From an uncultured Rhodospirillaceae bacterium (GTDB lineage: Bacteria > Pseudomonadota > Alphaproteobacteria > Rhodospirillales > Magnetospirillaceae), in the NCBI GenBank assembly GCA_903899885.1, contig CAIULK010000014.1, forward strand, positions 18,362-82,361: a stretch of 64,000 nucleotides of DNA, written 5' to 3'. Position numbers and translations under genes: made by a program. Shown here in pieces: positions 28,493 to 38,942 of the stretch. Below the pieces are notes generated by a model that worked only from the letters and a program-made list of their open reading frames with translations, searched no databases and had not been told where the DNA came from. The stretch's first letter is position 1. Each line of letters opens with the position of its first letter.

Positions 28493-30375
28493 TCGCGGGT
28501 CTGATCATGACGGCCGCGCTGGCCGCCGGATTTGGCGCCCCCTTCGCCGCGCTTGGACCAGGCGCCGCCTTTGCTTCGGGCATGCTGCTGACCGTACTCG
28601 CCTTTTTCATCGCGACCGTCTTCGCCGGTCTCGGCCTCGGCGCGGCCGGATGGGCCGTCGCCGCGCTGGCCGCGGCCACCTTCGGCCTTGCGCTGTGGAC
28701 ACGGCCTTTGAAACCCGATGCCGTTTGGGCCCTTCATCCGGTCTGGTGGTTGTCGGCGCTGGTGATCGCGGTGGGATCGATCCACGGGGTTCCGCCTTAT
28801 GTCGCGGTCAATTGGGACGAGATGTCGGCCTGGGCCAAATGGCCGCTGCAAATGCTGGCCGCCGACGCGTGGTGGCGCCCGGACATGGAGATGATCCCGT
28901 TCCTCGCCGCCTATACCAAGGGCTGGCCGATCCTGGCGGCGGGCGTTACGCGTCTGCTCGGCCGCGACGATCTCGCGGTCGGCATCGGCGTCCTGACCTT
29001 TTGGAACATCAGCGTGTTGGCCGCCGCCTACGACTTGGCCCTGGTCCTGTTCGCGCGTCGAACCGCCTTGTCCGCCAACGCGATTCGGATAGTTGCCTGG
29101 GTGATTGTGCTGATCCTCGCGCTGGGCGAGGCGACATGGAAGCTGGTGCCCCACTCCTATCTGGTCGAACAGCCGGAGATCTACGCGGAAACCGCCTTCT
29201 TTATTCTTGGCGGTTTGGCGTCGCGGGGGCGTTCGGGCACCTTGGCCTTTGTCGCGGCGGGATTGGCGATGGCCGCCGGTTATGCGGTCAAGACACCGCT
29301 GGCGACCTTGGCCGTACCGGCTCTGGTCTTTCTTGCCGCCGTGCCCGGGCGGCGCTGGCGCCACGCCTGCGCGTTGTTCGCCCCCCTGGCCGTGGTCGCG
29401 GTCGGCTGGACGTTGGTGCGCTCGCACCAAACCAGCATTGCACATTTCAGTTTGGCCGATACGCTGGAGAACGGCTCGCTGGCACAGCTGTACACTGTTT
29501 TAGCGCTGCTGGCGCGGGCCTTTCCCGCTTATCTCGGGCTTTGGAAACTGCCGATGACCCTCTTGGGTGTTTCCGGACTTATATTCGCACTGCGGTCCCG
29601 GGACGAGGGACGGATCCTGACCTTGGCGATCGTCCTTTTCACCGCGTTCTTCTTTATTGGTCTTGTTCCGCTTTTTCTTTTCGTCATCCCTCCATTTCAC
29701 GGCGAGCTGCCGTCCTTTCCCCGTTACGTCAATGTTCCGCTCCGTGCCATTCACCTGCTGGGATGCCTGTTAGCGATGGCCGAACTGTCGCGGCTTGTGG
29801 AACGGTGGTCGCCGCCCGCTTTTTTGAAAAGCCGGCATCTCGCGGCGGCGATGATCGCCGGCATGGTGATTTTGATGGGAGCCCTGGGATGGCAGGTTTC
29901 CTCCAGCATGGCGGCGATGGCGGATCACCCCGATTTCGGCCGGGATGACTTCGCCTACGTGCGTGCGGTCACCACCAAGGCCGCGGCTCTCAAGCGGATC
30001 GTCGCCGGAATGGGCGGCGACGTTCCGAACATTGTCATCATCGACCAAGGCGGCGACGGATGGGCACAGATCATCGCGGCCTATATCGGCATTCGCGGCC
30101 CCGGTCCCGCCGCGACCACCGACATTAACGCCTTTCATATGATCGGTCCGTGGAGTTTCGGGCCGAAATCCCTCAATTCCTGGATGTTGCCGACGGACGA
30201 TGATTCGTTCGAGGCCGCGATGCGCAAGGCGGACATGATCTGGACCTACCGCCTCGACCCGTGGGCACGCGGCCAACTGGCGCGGCTGGCGCCCGACTGC
30301 GCCACCGACTTGGACGGGCGCCTTTTGGTGCGCGACGGCTCGGGCCATTATCGTTGCCGTGATTTTCTGGATTGA
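28489..30375 (+). CDS. GT-C-like polytopic membrane protein
   Basis: GTGA overlap, AAGGAG RBS; NWDEMSAW acidic loop; YAVK; periplasmic C-terminus; similar layout to 48561..50381. Confidence 0.65.
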   Translation: MIAGLIMTAALAAGFGAPFAALGPGAAFASGMLLTVLAFFIATVFAGLGLGAAGWAVAALAAATFGLALWTRPLKPDAVWALHPVWWLSALVIAVGSIHGVPPYVAVNWDEMSAWAKWPLQMLAADAWWRPDMEMIPFLAAYTKGWPILAAGVTRLLGRDDLAVGIGVLTFWNISVLAAAYDLALVLFARRTALSANAIRIVAWVIVLILALGEATWKLVPHSYLVEQPEIYAETAFFILGGLASRGRSGTLAFVAAGLAMAAGYAVKTPLATLAVPALVFLAAVPGRRWRHACALFAPLAVVAVGWTLVRSHQTSIAHFSLADTLENGSLAQLYTVLALLARAFPAYLGLWKLPMTLLGVSGLIFALRSRDEGRILTLAIVLFTAFFFIGLVPLFLFVIPPFHGELPSFPRYVNVPLRAIHLLGCLLAMAELSRLVERWSPPAFLKSRHLAAAMIAGMVILMGALGWQVSSSMAAMADHPDFGRDDFAYVRAVTTKAAALKRIVAGMGGDVPNIVIIDQGGDGWAQIIAAYIGIRGPGPAATTDINAFHMIGPWSFGPKSLNSWMLPTDDDSFEAAMRKADMIWTYRLDPWARGQLARLAPDCATDLDGRLLVRDGSGHYRCRDFLD

Positions 30376-30391
30376 TGGGAAGGAACCCCCG

Positions 30392-31306
30392 TTGAGCAGC
30401 ACCCCTCCTTGCACTCTTTGCGGCGGCACCAGCGCCACCCTCTTGTTTCCGGGTAATATCGGCGAGGATATCGGCTCGCGATTTTCCCAATACGCCTATT
30501 ACGACGATATTTTCCGCTGCGATTCCTGCGGTCTCGTGGTTCAGCGCCGCCGCCATGATCTGGACGTGATCGCGGCGCTGCTCAAGGCCGAGAAATACCT
30601 GGACGAGGCCATCGGCACCCTCAACCTGATCGAGAAGCACGTCCAGTTCGAGGCCTTGATCCGTCTGATCGAGAAGCACCGCGGCCTGTCCGGCGTCCGT
30701 CTGCTGGACGTCGGCGCCAATACCGGCGTTTTTCTGAAGACCGTCAAGGACCGCGTCGGCACGGCCCGGGGCGTTGAACCGTCCCGCGAGGCGGCGGCAC
30801 AAGCGCGGTCCCAGGGCCTCGACGTTCAAGCGGGCCTGCTGGCCAACGCCGTTCTCGACGACCAAGCCTTCGACGTCATCACCCTGTTCGACGTGATCGA
30901 GCATCTGACCGATCCCGGGGCCGACCTCGCCACGCTGTTTCGCAAGCTCGCGCCCGGCGGCGCCATCTTCATCAGCACCCACGATATCGGAAGCCTACTG
31001 GCCCGCCTGTCCGGTCCGCACTATCCGATGCTGATGTATCAGCATTTCTATCATTTCACCCCGCGGACGCTGTCCGCGCTGCTGGAAAAAACCGGTTTCC
31101 GCGTCTTGGGTTACGACCGTTTCCTGAAGTCGTGGAGCGTCGAGTATCTCTACAACCTGATCGCCAAGAAATGGCCGGACTCCGGTCTCGCCCGGCGGTT
31201 CGAGGCCTTGCTGTCGCCGCTCTTGCGAGTACCCGCCATCCGCCGGGCCCGTATCACCTCGCCGCAGCGCGATTTCTTTCTTCTGGCGGCGGAAAAGCCC
31301 CGTTAG
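30392..31306 (+). CDS. Class I SAM-dependent methyltransferase with N-terminal CxxC...CxxC zinc site (start approximate)
   Basis: CTLC...CDSC; LLDVGANTG; FDVITLFDVIEHL; HFYHFT. Confidence 0.85.
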   Translation: MSSTPPCTLCGGTSATLLFPGNIGEDIGSRFSQYAYYDDIFRCDSCGLVVQRRRHDLDVIAALLKAEKYLDEAIGTLNLIEKHVQFEALIRLIEKHRGLSGVRLLDVGANTGVFLKTVKDRVGTARGVEPSREAAAQARSQGLDVQAGLLANAVLDDQAFDVITLFDVIEHLTDPGADLATLFRKLAPGGAIFISTHDIGSLLARLSGPHYPMLMYQHFYHFTPRTLSALLEKTGFRVLGYDRFLKSWSVEYLYNLIAKKWPDSGLARRFEALLSPLLRVPAIRRARITSPQRDFFLLAAEKPR

Positions 31307-31318
31307 GGAGTCCCACCC

Positions 31319-32017
31319 CTATTCCCAACGCTTGGCTGGCAACGGAAGATCGGTGACGAAAATGCCGAAGGACATGCGGTCGTCGCGGTAAATGTTCGGA
31401 GCCGGCAAACCGTGTCGCGAAGCGACGGCCGCGATCTCCCCGACCGTGTGATATTGTGGCACATACCCCGCGCAGCGATGACCATACGAGAGATGAACGT
31501 AAAGGCGATGAATCATCTGTTGCAAGGACCGCCGCCTTTCGGCGATGGCATGAAAGTAATGTCCCTCACACCCGGCTCGGAAGACATGGTCGATTTCCGC
31601 CGGTGTCAGCCAATCAAACAGCCCGAGCGAAAAGATGACGGCCGCCCCCAAGGGCGGCAACCCGCTCACCGGACCGGCCTCGAACCGAATGGCCTCGGCA
31701 TGGCGCGAGGCGGCAACCCGCTCCCTGGCCCGGGCGATCGCCTTCTCCGAGATGTCGATGCCGCGATAACCGCGCGCACCCAGGTCCATTAGCTGTTCCG
31801 CCAGCAGGCCCGAACCGCACCCCAATTCGACCACGTCCCGGCCGGCGATCGACGGAGCCAGCAACGCGACGGCGGCGCGAATACGGAACCGCAGCGATGA
31901 CGAGGCCCGTCCGGCGATTTTTTCCATCCATCCGCGCGAACGATCGCCATAGCGGCTGTCTTCCCAGCCGAGGATTTTCTCTTCCCAGAATATCTTGGGG
32001 TCGATCGCTTCCGTCAT
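31319..32017 (-). CDS. Class I SAM-dependent methyltransferase
   Basis: VVELGCGSG, GIDIS, SLGLFDW. Confidence 0.85.
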   Translation of the reverse strand: MTEAIDPKIFWEEKILGWEDSRYGDRSRGWMEKIAGRASSSLRFRIRAAVALLAPSIAGRDVVELGCGSGLLAEQLMDLGARGYRGIDISEKAIARARERVAASRHAEAIRFEAGPVSGLPPLGAAVIFSLGLFDWLTPAEIDHVFRAGCEGHYFHAIAERRRSLQQMIHRLYVHLSYGHRCAGYVPQYHTVGEIAAVASRHGLPAPNIYRDDRMSFGIFVTDLPLPAKRWE

Positions 32018-34029
32018 GGGCTCTTGATCCTGCCGAAGGGAGTGACATCAATGCGTTCACGACCATCGACGGTCGTGAGGGCACCGTTCAGCCGTATCCC
32101 GGAGACGGTCGCGAACGGAACGGGCAACTCGGTTCGCCAGGGCGTGCGAACCGGATTATTCTGGCTTCCCAGGCGGCCATCGACCAACCTCCCCTCGGCC
32201 AAGGTCCGCCCATCGGCATCCATCAAGCCTATGCTCGGATGATCAAGGGCCAACATATCGCTTGGATAGCCGGTATAGCCCCTCAACTGGGTGGAGGTCA
32301 GGGTCACCAGGGTTCCGCCATCCGCCGCCGCCACCACGTCCAGGCCCGCGCAGAATCGAAACCCGTCCGCCGTCCGGCGGATGACGAGACGCGCCCCCTC
32401 GCCCAACGGCACGGTTTCCACGCCATCCGCCACCATGTGCCGGCAGACCGCGTTGACCGCGTCTTCAACGGGGAACGGATGATAGGGATTATCGACATTG
32501 CGCCAGCAATTACCGTGCGGCAAACGGTAGCCGATGGTCCAGCCGCCCTCCGGCGACGGCTTGCTCCAAAGCCGCTCCACCGGTTCGATGCCGGAGGTCT
32601 GTTCGAGAGCTTGGAGGGCCTGCTCGGCGGCCTGTTCACCGCCCACGGGCAGCAGGGCGACACATGAGCCATCGTCACGCCCTTTCGACGGCTCGTTTTC
32701 GAGAAGATAATCCATGTAAACTTGGGTTGTCCCCAGCACCATGACCCGCTCGCGCACGGCGGCGGGATCGAGGCCCGCGCGGGTCAGCGACAGAACGGCG
32801 CGCTGTACCGGCTCTGGCCAATCGCCATGCGCGCGGACGGGCCAAGCGAACAGCGCCGACCACCCCAGGGCCGACACGACAACCGACACCGCCGCCAGGG
32901 CGGCAACGGGCTTGCCCCGGCGTTCGATCCAATCCAACGCGGCGGCGGCGGCGGCGGCGGCCATCATGACCAAGGGAACCGTCAGCGGGGTCGCGTAGCG
33001 CAGGTAGATCGTGGAATTGCGATTGACGACCAGCAGCACCGAAATGACAAGAACAACGATGGCCAGCGCTAGGAACGCGCGGCGCTCCTCCGATGCCGCC
33101 GCCAACCGTGCCCGCCACGCCAACGGATTGACGCCGAGCCGGATCCCAACCGCCGCCAGCACCGTCGCGACGAAGAGTCCGGCCAGTCCGGTCCAGGCGG
33201 CGGCCCGGACAAGGCGGGCCGGAATTCCCGGGGGCAATGCGGTCAGGTCGCTGTCCGGACTGCCCAGGATCGCGGTTAAGGCGCGTAGAAGATCAAGGAA
33301 ATGCGGCTTACTGATTGGCGGCTGTCCTTGGCCCTGGAATATCAACACCGTATTGGTCCAACCATCCCGCCAATCGGTCAGGATATAAGGGGCCAGCACC
33401 GCCACTCCCACCAGCAAGGCGGCCACGCCGTGGCGCGGCCGCACTCCCCGCGCGGTCAAGACGGCGGCCACGATGCAGCCCAAGGCGAGGGCCAAGTTCG
33501 ACAGATGAACCTGAACCGCGATCGACACCGCGAACACCAGCAAGGGCAAGGCCCAACCGCGCCCCTGGGCCAACCGCACCAAGGCAATCATCGCCAGACC
33601 GACCAGAGGGATGCTGAGGGCAGGATTCCACACCTGGACGGTCAAACCGGCAATCGCCGGAGACGACAGCAGAAGCAGCGGGGCAATCATCGCCGCGCGG
33701 GCGCCCCACAGGCCGCGAACCTGAATCGCCACCGCCAACAACACGGCCGCCAGCAGCGCGAACTGCGCCAGCTTCACCGAAGGCGGATCGCCCCCTCCCA
33801 GCATCAACAACCGCAACAGCAAATAATAGGCGCCGCCGGGAACGCGCGCCATGTAGGTGCCGTTCATCTCGGCCCCGGTGGTGGGAAACAAGGTCCAGGG
33901 GGACGCGGCCCGCAAAAGATCGCGGTCGCTCCAGATGGTGTAGGTCAAGTGGCTGCTGGCGGCGGCGGCAAGACCGACGGCAAGGGCGAGCGACGTGGCG
34001 AGAATCACCTGGATTAAACGGCGGAGCAT
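32014..34029 (-). CDS. GT-C-fold (ArnT/GT39-like) membrane glycosyltransferase with large periplasmic C-terminal domain
   Basis: WSDRD, PGGAYYLL, WNP, QVHLS, RYATP motifs; start overlaps the GtrA gene stop. Confidence 0.72.
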   Translation of the reverse strand: MLRRLIQVILATSLALAVGLAAAASSHLTYTIWSDRDLLRAASPWTLFPTTGAEMNGTYMARVPGGAYYLLLRLLMLGGGDPPSVKLAQFALLAAVLLAVAIQVRGLWGARAAMIAPLLLLSSPAIAGLTVQVWNPALSIPLVGLAMIALVRLAQGRGWALPLLVFAVSIAVQVHLSNLALALGCIVAAVLTARGVRPRHGVAALLVGVAVLAPYILTDWRDGWTNTVLIFQGQGQPPISKPHFLDLLRALTAILGSPDSDLTALPPGIPARLVRAAAWTGLAGLFVATVLAAVGIRLGVNPLAWRARLAAASEERRAFLALAIVVLVISVLLVVNRNSTIYLRYATPLTVPLVMMAAAAAAAALDWIERRGKPVAALAAVSVVVSALGWSALFAWPVRAHGDWPEPVQRAVLSLTRAGLDPAAVRERVMVLGTTQVYMDYLLENEPSKGRDDGSCVALLPVGGEQAAEQALQALEQTSGIEPVERLWSKPSPEGGWTIGYRLPHGNCWRNVDNPYHPFPVEDAVNAVCRHMVADGVETVPLGEGARLVIRRTADGFRFCAGLDVVAAADGGTLVTLTSTQLRGYTGYPSDMLALDHPSIGLMDADGRTLAEGRLVDGRLGSQNNPVRTPWRTELPVPFATVSGIRLNGALTTVDGRERIDVTPFGRIKSP

Positions 34030-34466
34030 CACGGCGGAACGCTCCTTCCGGAAAGCGAGGCAAGCAACGCGGTCAGCCCGCCGCGCTGGTGATATACGTA
34101 CGCGTGCATCATCAAGTAATTCAGCAGGAAACAAAGGACATCGGTCACCAATTTAGCCGGATAGGCGGGAACCGCGAGAACCTCGTGCAAACCACTGAAA
34201 AGGGCGACGGATAGGCCATAACTAACGGCATACAGCACCAGGAACCGCCGCCCCTGCTGCGTCAGGGCGATATGACGTTTTTCACCCCAGGTCCAATAGC
34301 GGTTGCTGAAGAACGACACCACGCCGCCGACTAGGCGGGCTATCATCAAACTTTCCAGATGGGGCGCCCCCAGCAACGAGATCAGGACGGAAAACGCCAG
34401 CCAGTCTCCGCCCGCCGCCAGAACCGCCACCGAGACATAGCGGCTGAAATGGGTCAAGCGGATCAT
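34029..34466 (-). CDS. GtrA-family small membrane protein (lipid-linked sugar flippase)
   Basis: 145 aa, 4 TM; FFSNRYWTW...RRFL...NYLM. Confidence 0.85.
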   Translation of the reverse strand: MIRLTHFSRYVSVAVLAAGGDWLAFSVLISLLGAPHLESLMIARLVGGVVSFFSNRYWTWGEKRHIALTQQGRRFLVLYAVSYGLSVALFSGLHEVLAVPAYPAKLVTDVLCFLLNYLMMHAYVYHQRGGLTALLASLSGRSVPP

Positions 34467-35557
34467 GCGCGGCCCCCCCCGGCCACGGCCAGGATCAGCT
34501 CGGCCGATCGCGGCGAGCCACTGACGATTTCCGAACCGAGGGCCCGGTAGCCGTCACGGAAGCGATCAATGCGGCCAACCGCTTCTTCCAGGGCCGCTTC
34601 CAAACGGTCCTCGGCGGCACTCATGCCGATACCGAGGTGAGCGATCGTGCGGCCGTTCACCCATTGCTCGGAATGACGGGGGACGGGAATAACCACCAAC
34701 GGCTTTTGCAACCGCATAACCTCGCTGACGGCACTGAAGCCGCCGTTGACGACAACCAGATCGGCCTGGGCCAACAACGGCAGCGAATTGCGCAATTTAC
34801 CGTGGAAGGTCACGTTGGCCGCCATCTTGCCTTCCGCCGGTTCCGAACGGCCGATGACGTCGATTTGCAGATTGGAATGAGAGCGGGCCAAATGAACCTG
34901 GCTGCCGAAGGCTGATCCGGACAACATGATCACCACCCGCCGGGGCGGTCCCTCGGACAGAGGAACTGGCCGGCATTCCCGACGCACGATCAATCCGACC
35001 CGGCGAAAAGTCCCTCCCTGATCCTGGTCGGCGGGATCAAGGCGAGGACTTAACACCAGATCGGGGACGAAGCGGTGATACAGATAATCCAGGCACTCGA
35101 TGCAGGTGAACTGCGGCAGGACCGACACGGGCCAGTCGGTGAAGCGCCGCATCCCCCGCACAACCATGTCGGAATTGTTGAGCGCGACCAGTTTCAACCC
35201 GGCCCGTCGAACTGGCCGGAAGCTGTAGGTGGAATCGGTGACGACGGCATCGGGACGGAAACGTTCAATAACGCCGCTGATGATGCTATCGGCGGCGGCC
35301 AGCGTGGCGCGCATTTCACCGGCCATGCTCAGTGTCGCCGACACGCTGATATGACCGTCCTTCTTGCCGTAACGCAGCGATGAGATCTTGGTCAACCGGC
35401 CGATTTCGGGCTTGTCGGCGAAGTACCATTCGCCATTGTCCGACGTCACCACCTCGATTTCGGCGCCGCGTTCGATCAGCTCTTGCATGATCGCGTGGCA
35501 GCGGGTCGAATTCCCGAGGCCAAGGCCGTTCACCAGAAAAAGAATCCGTCGGCTCAT
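34463..35557 (-). CDS. GT-B glycosyltransferase (GT1/GT28-like, MJ1255-type)
   Basis: NGLGLGNSTR; VVNGGFSAVSE; PRHSEQWVNG. Confidence 0.78.
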   Translation of the reverse strand: MSRRILFLVNGLGLGNSTRCHAIMQELIERGAEIEVVTSDNGEWYFADKPEIGRLTKISSLRYGKKDGHISVSATLSMAGEMRATLAAADSIISGVIERFRPDAVVTDSTYSFRPVRRAGLKLVALNNSDMVVRGMRRFTDWPVSVLPQFTCIECLDYLYHRFVPDLVLSPRLDPADQDQGGTFRRVGLIVRRECRPVPLSEGPPRRVVIMLSGSAFGSQVHLARSHSNLQIDVIGRSEPAEGKMAANVTFHGKLRNSLPLLAQADLVVVNGGFSAVSEVMRLQKPLVVIPVPRHSEQWVNGRTIAHLGIGMSAAEDRLEAALEEAVGRIDRFRDGYRALGSEIVSGSPRSAELILAVAGGGRA

Positions 35558-36150
35558 GACATCACCAGCATATGCACATCGCTGTACGGAAAGACCCGGC
35601 GGCTGTTCGTCAGCCGCAAGCCGTTGGCCGCACCCAAGGCGGCGATGACATCGCCTGGGTAAAGACGCACGGTAAAGCCGTGTCGGCGATGAAACCGGCG
35701 ATACAACCGGCCCGCGGCGTTTTCGGGCGGGACCAAGACCACCAACCGGCCGTCCGGTTTGAGATGGCGCCGGGCGTTGGCCAGAACCGCCCCCGGATCG
35801 GCGACGAATTCCATGAGACCGGCGGCGACCACAATATCGAATCTTTGCTCCACCGCGACGGTTGCCGCATCCCCCGCGACGGGTGTGACGGCGGGATCCC
35901 CGATGGCGGCCAGCATCGACGGCGAGGCATCGACGGCCACCACCGGACACGCGCCGGCGGCAACGAAACGGCGCGCATAGTAACCCGTGCCGCATCCCAG
36001 ATCGAGTACGGCCCGCCCCCCGGCATCACCGGCCAACGCCATCACGGCCGCCGCCTCGCGCCCGCGTTGCCAAGCCCATACCCCGCGCTCGGCCCGCTGC
36101 CGGTAGGCGGCGGCACGACTTTCGAAATATGCGATGGGAGCGTCATCCAC
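35554..36150 (-). CDS. Class I SAM-dependent methyltransferase
   Basis: VLDLGCGTG, AVDASPSML, FDIVVAAG, LKPDGRL. Confidence 0.88.
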   Translation of the reverse strand: MDDAPIAYFESRAAAYRQRAERGVWAWQRGREAAAVMALAGDAGGRAVLDLGCGTGYYARRFVAAGACPVVAVDASPSMLAAIGDPAVTPVAGDAATVAVEQRFDIVVAAGLMEFVADPGAVLANARRHLKPDGRLVVLVPPENAAGRLYRRFHRRHGFTVRLYPGDVIAALGAANGLRLTNSRRVFPYSDVHMLVMS

Positions 36151-37045
36151 GTCGGCGCCCCCTCCCCCGAAAAGACCGCCGGATCGCCATCGAAACCCAC
36201 GCGAGGCACACCGCCAAGGCCAAGGCGGCGACCTTCGTGGTCAAGACTCGCGGATCGTGCCGAGACCCCGGCCCATAAACCGCCCAGCCGATGATGATGT
36301 CGTTCCTCAACGCGACCGCAAGGAATCCGGTCGGACGCAAGTTGACCACGGGCTGATCGAGCAGACGGCTGACGAACATATAGTCCTCGGTCGTTGGCCC
36401 GCGTCCCTTGCTCCGCATGACCGCGTCAAACGGACCGTAATCGACGACCACATCGTCTTCGGCGCCGTCGTTCCGCCGCCGCAACACCTCCGCCATATCG
36501 AGAGGGCGGCCCGCCTTATCGGTGATGACGGCCGCGTGCTGTCCGTCCACCAACTGCCAGCGGCCCGTCGCGGGATTGAGAAACTCCACCATCGAGTGAC
36601 CCATCCCCGGCGGCCAGCCTGGCGGAAGAAGCCACCACTCGCGGGTCTTCAAGCCCTGGGCCCAGGCGGAAATCTCGAACAGCAAGGTCCCGTCGGTGCA
36701 CTGCATCGACACCGATTTCATCAGCGCGACCCAACCGGCGAAATCGGTGACGTCGGGCCGCGGGCCCATTGCACGGAACGGACTGAGTGCTTGTATGTCG
36801 CTTAAGCCCTGACGCAGGCCGTCCGCGGTAGTGAGGTCGGCACGAGTGGGAATGAAATCGCCCCGGGCGGCCATCGGCGTCGGCACCGAGAAAGGCCCCT
36901 GGTACAGAATCGACACGGCGGACATCGGCAGCGGCATGAACCGCAGGAAATAGCGCTCGTGGAACAGCCACGTGGACAATCCGACGATAAGCGCCAAAAG
37001 AATGAGGATCAGCCCCATCCGTTCCAATTTCAGCGCCCGCGTCAT
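36143..37045 (-). CDS. Membrane-anchored transglutaminase-like (Cys-His-Asp) protein
   Basis: N- and C-terminal TM helices; SMQCTDG, GHSMVEF, GRWQLVDGQ in transglutaminase-superfamily order. Confidence 0.6.
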   Translation of the reverse strand: MTRALKLERMGLILILLALIVGLSTWLFHERYFLRFMPLPMSAVSILYQGPFSVPTPMAARGDFIPTRADLTTADGLRQGLSDIQALSPFRAMGPRPDVTDFAGWVALMKSVSMQCTDGTLLFEISAWAQGLKTREWWLLPPGWPPGMGHSMVEFLNPATGRWQLVDGQHAAVITDKAGRPLDMAEVLRRRNDGAEDDVVVDYGPFDAVMRSKGRGPTTEDYMFVSRLLDQPVVNLRPTGFLAVALRNDIIIGWAVYGPGSRHDPRVLTTKVAALALAVCLAWVSMAIRRSFRGRGRRRG

Positions 37046-37205
37046 CGCCCCCTCACCTCAAAACCGTCGAGCCGCCGACGCGGCGAACATTAACCCTCTC
37101 AAACAACGGGCGAAAGTGAAATTTCGGTGAGGGCTGGGCGATTTCGGGCAGTATCGCCGTATTCTGGCTCAAGTCGAGTTTCCGTTCCGCTGCCGCCCAG
37201 ACCCC

Positions 37206-38942
37206 TTAGGAAATCCCCTTGCGCTCGATCAGCGCCTGAAGACTGCGCGCGGTTTCGCGGCGCTGGGCTTGGGATTTGTTGAGGGGAATCCTCTCGCCCT
37301 CGACGGATTCATATCCCTCGGGCAGAATATGGGCGGGTTTGAGCGGTTCCTCGACGCTCTCGATGTCGAAGTCGGCCTCGGTCAGGCCGCGGTACTTGAC
37401 GACGATGGTCGACCACACCGCGAACCAGACCAGGAAATAGCCCCACCGCCCCGGAATATGGTCGCGTCCGGCCGTCAGCACGGCACCTCGGGCAAGGTGC
37501 CACAGATTGGCGGGCCGCCGGGCGAACGCCCACAGGCGGCTGAGGGTAAGGCGCAGGGCCTGGGGATTGTTGCGCACCACCCGCAGGGCTAGGCGCGGGT
37601 CGAAATAGCCCTTGCCGGAAACCGGCACATAATGGCCGCGATTCAGATTGTCGAGAAACGCCGTCAGGCGGGCGACCTGATAACCGCCGTCGCACACCCG
37701 CCGCGAAAAGCGCATGAAGCCCGCGATGATCGTGTCGCGCGGCAGCAGATAGCGGATGTTGGTGTGGTACTTGTGTCCGCCTAGCCCCAGCTTGCCGGCA
37801 CGGATGCGCCCGGCCAGCGTCATGCGCCGGTACAGCGGCGTGCCCGGCAGGGCCGTCAGCAGCGACGGATCGCCCGACAACAGGCCCGCCCGCAACAGGC
37901 CGTCGATCGTCGTGTCGAAGCTCGCCTCGGTGTCGGAATCGAAGCCGAAGATCAGCCCGGCCATGACGGGGAAGCCGAACGACTGAATCGCGCGCACCGC
38001 CTCGACGACCCCGGCCGCCGAATTCTGCACCTTGGCGGTTTCCAGAAGCGAGTTCGCATCGAAGCTTTCGACGCCGATGAACAGGTTGTCGAAACCGGCC
38101 TCGCGCATCTTGCGCATCAGGTTCGGGTACTTGCACAGATTGATGGTCAGCCACGTATAGAAAACCGGCCGGTAACCGCTTCGTTCCCGCCACGCCAGGA
38201 GCGCATCGACCACCTCCTCGGCCCAGCGCGGGTCGCCGATGAAATTGTCGCAGGCCAGCAGGAAGGTGCCGACCCCCAGCGAACACAGATGGTCGATCTC
38301 GGCGACGATCAGGGCGGACGGGGCGCAATGGGCCCGGTTGTTGTCGGGCAGAATGCGGATATCACAGAATTCGCATAAAAAGGGACATCCGCGCGAGACT
38401 TCGAGCACGGCGCCGTAATAGCGGCCCACCGTCGCATCCATCAGCCCCCGGTGCATCGGGCGCGCCTGGGCCAGCGGAAAGCGTTCGCGGGCGCGGATGA
38501 CGCGTTCGGGGCGGTCGCCGGCCAGGATGCGCGCCGCCAGAGGGGCGATCTCGGCCTCGCCGTCGCCGATGACCAGGTGATCGAAGGCGGCCAGTCTTTC
38601 CAGTTCCCCCGCCTGATCGAACGACCAGCAGATCGGCCCGCCCAAAACATGAACGGACCGGGGAAAACGGCGTTTCAGCCGATCATGCACCGAGAGCAGC
38701 GAATCCGTATCCTGGTTGACCCCCGAATAGAGGAACAACTCGGCCTCGGCGATCCGGTCCGCATCGATGAAACGGGTATCGACAAGCGCAAGGACGGTGC
38801 GGCCGTCGCCGGGCAGATGCGCGGCCAGGGTATAGGCCCACACCGGCATGAAGATCACGCCGTTGTTCTGGACCTCGGAATACAGCCGGTCGGGAGCGTG
38901 GACAAAGGTGATCCTAAACGGACCGGACGGCCTATTCCCCAT
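37206..38942 (-). CDS. B12-binding radical SAM protein (HpnP/DUF4070-like subgroup)
   Basis: VLGGP..IGDGE cobalamin domain; SRGCPFLCEFCDI; DNFIG; FIGVES; IFGFDSD; ALPGTPLY. Confidence 0.85.
   Translation of the reverse strand: MGNRPSGPFRITFVHAPDRLYSEVQNNGVIFMPVWAYTLAAHLPGDGRTVLALVDTRFIDADRIAEAELFLYSGVNQDTDSLLSVHDRLKRRFPRSVHVLGGPICWSFDQAGELERLAAFDHLVIGDGEAEIAPLAARILAGDRPERVIRARERFPLAQARPMHRGLMDATVGRYYGAVLEVSRGCPFLCEFCDIRILPDNNRAHCAPSALIVAEIDHLCSLGVGTFLLACDNFIGDPRWAEEVVDALLAWRERSGYRPVFYTWLTINLCKYPNLMRKMREAGFDNLFIGVESFDANSLLETAKVQNSAAGVVEAVRAIQSFGFPVMAGLIFGFDSDTEASFDTTIDGLLRAGLLSGDPSLLTALPGTPLYRRMTLAGRIRAGKLGLGGHKYHTNIRYLLPRDTIIAGFMRFSRRVCDGGYQVARLTAFLDNLNRGHYVPVSGKGYFDPRLALRVVRNNPQALRLTLSRLWAFARRPANLWHLARGAVLTAGRDHIPGRWGYFLVWFAVWSTIVVKYRGLTEADFDIESVEEPLKPAHILPEGYESVEGERIPLNKSQAQRRETARSLQALIERKGIS

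Noticed and set aside
32939..32962. GGC trinucleotide run as a contingency repeat
   Set aside because: It encodes poly-Ala in a membrane helix; slippage would keep the frame.
37206..38942. Firm call as hopanoid methylase hpnP
   Set aside because: The motifs are shared by a wider subgroup, the N-terminus differs and there is no hopanoid gene context.
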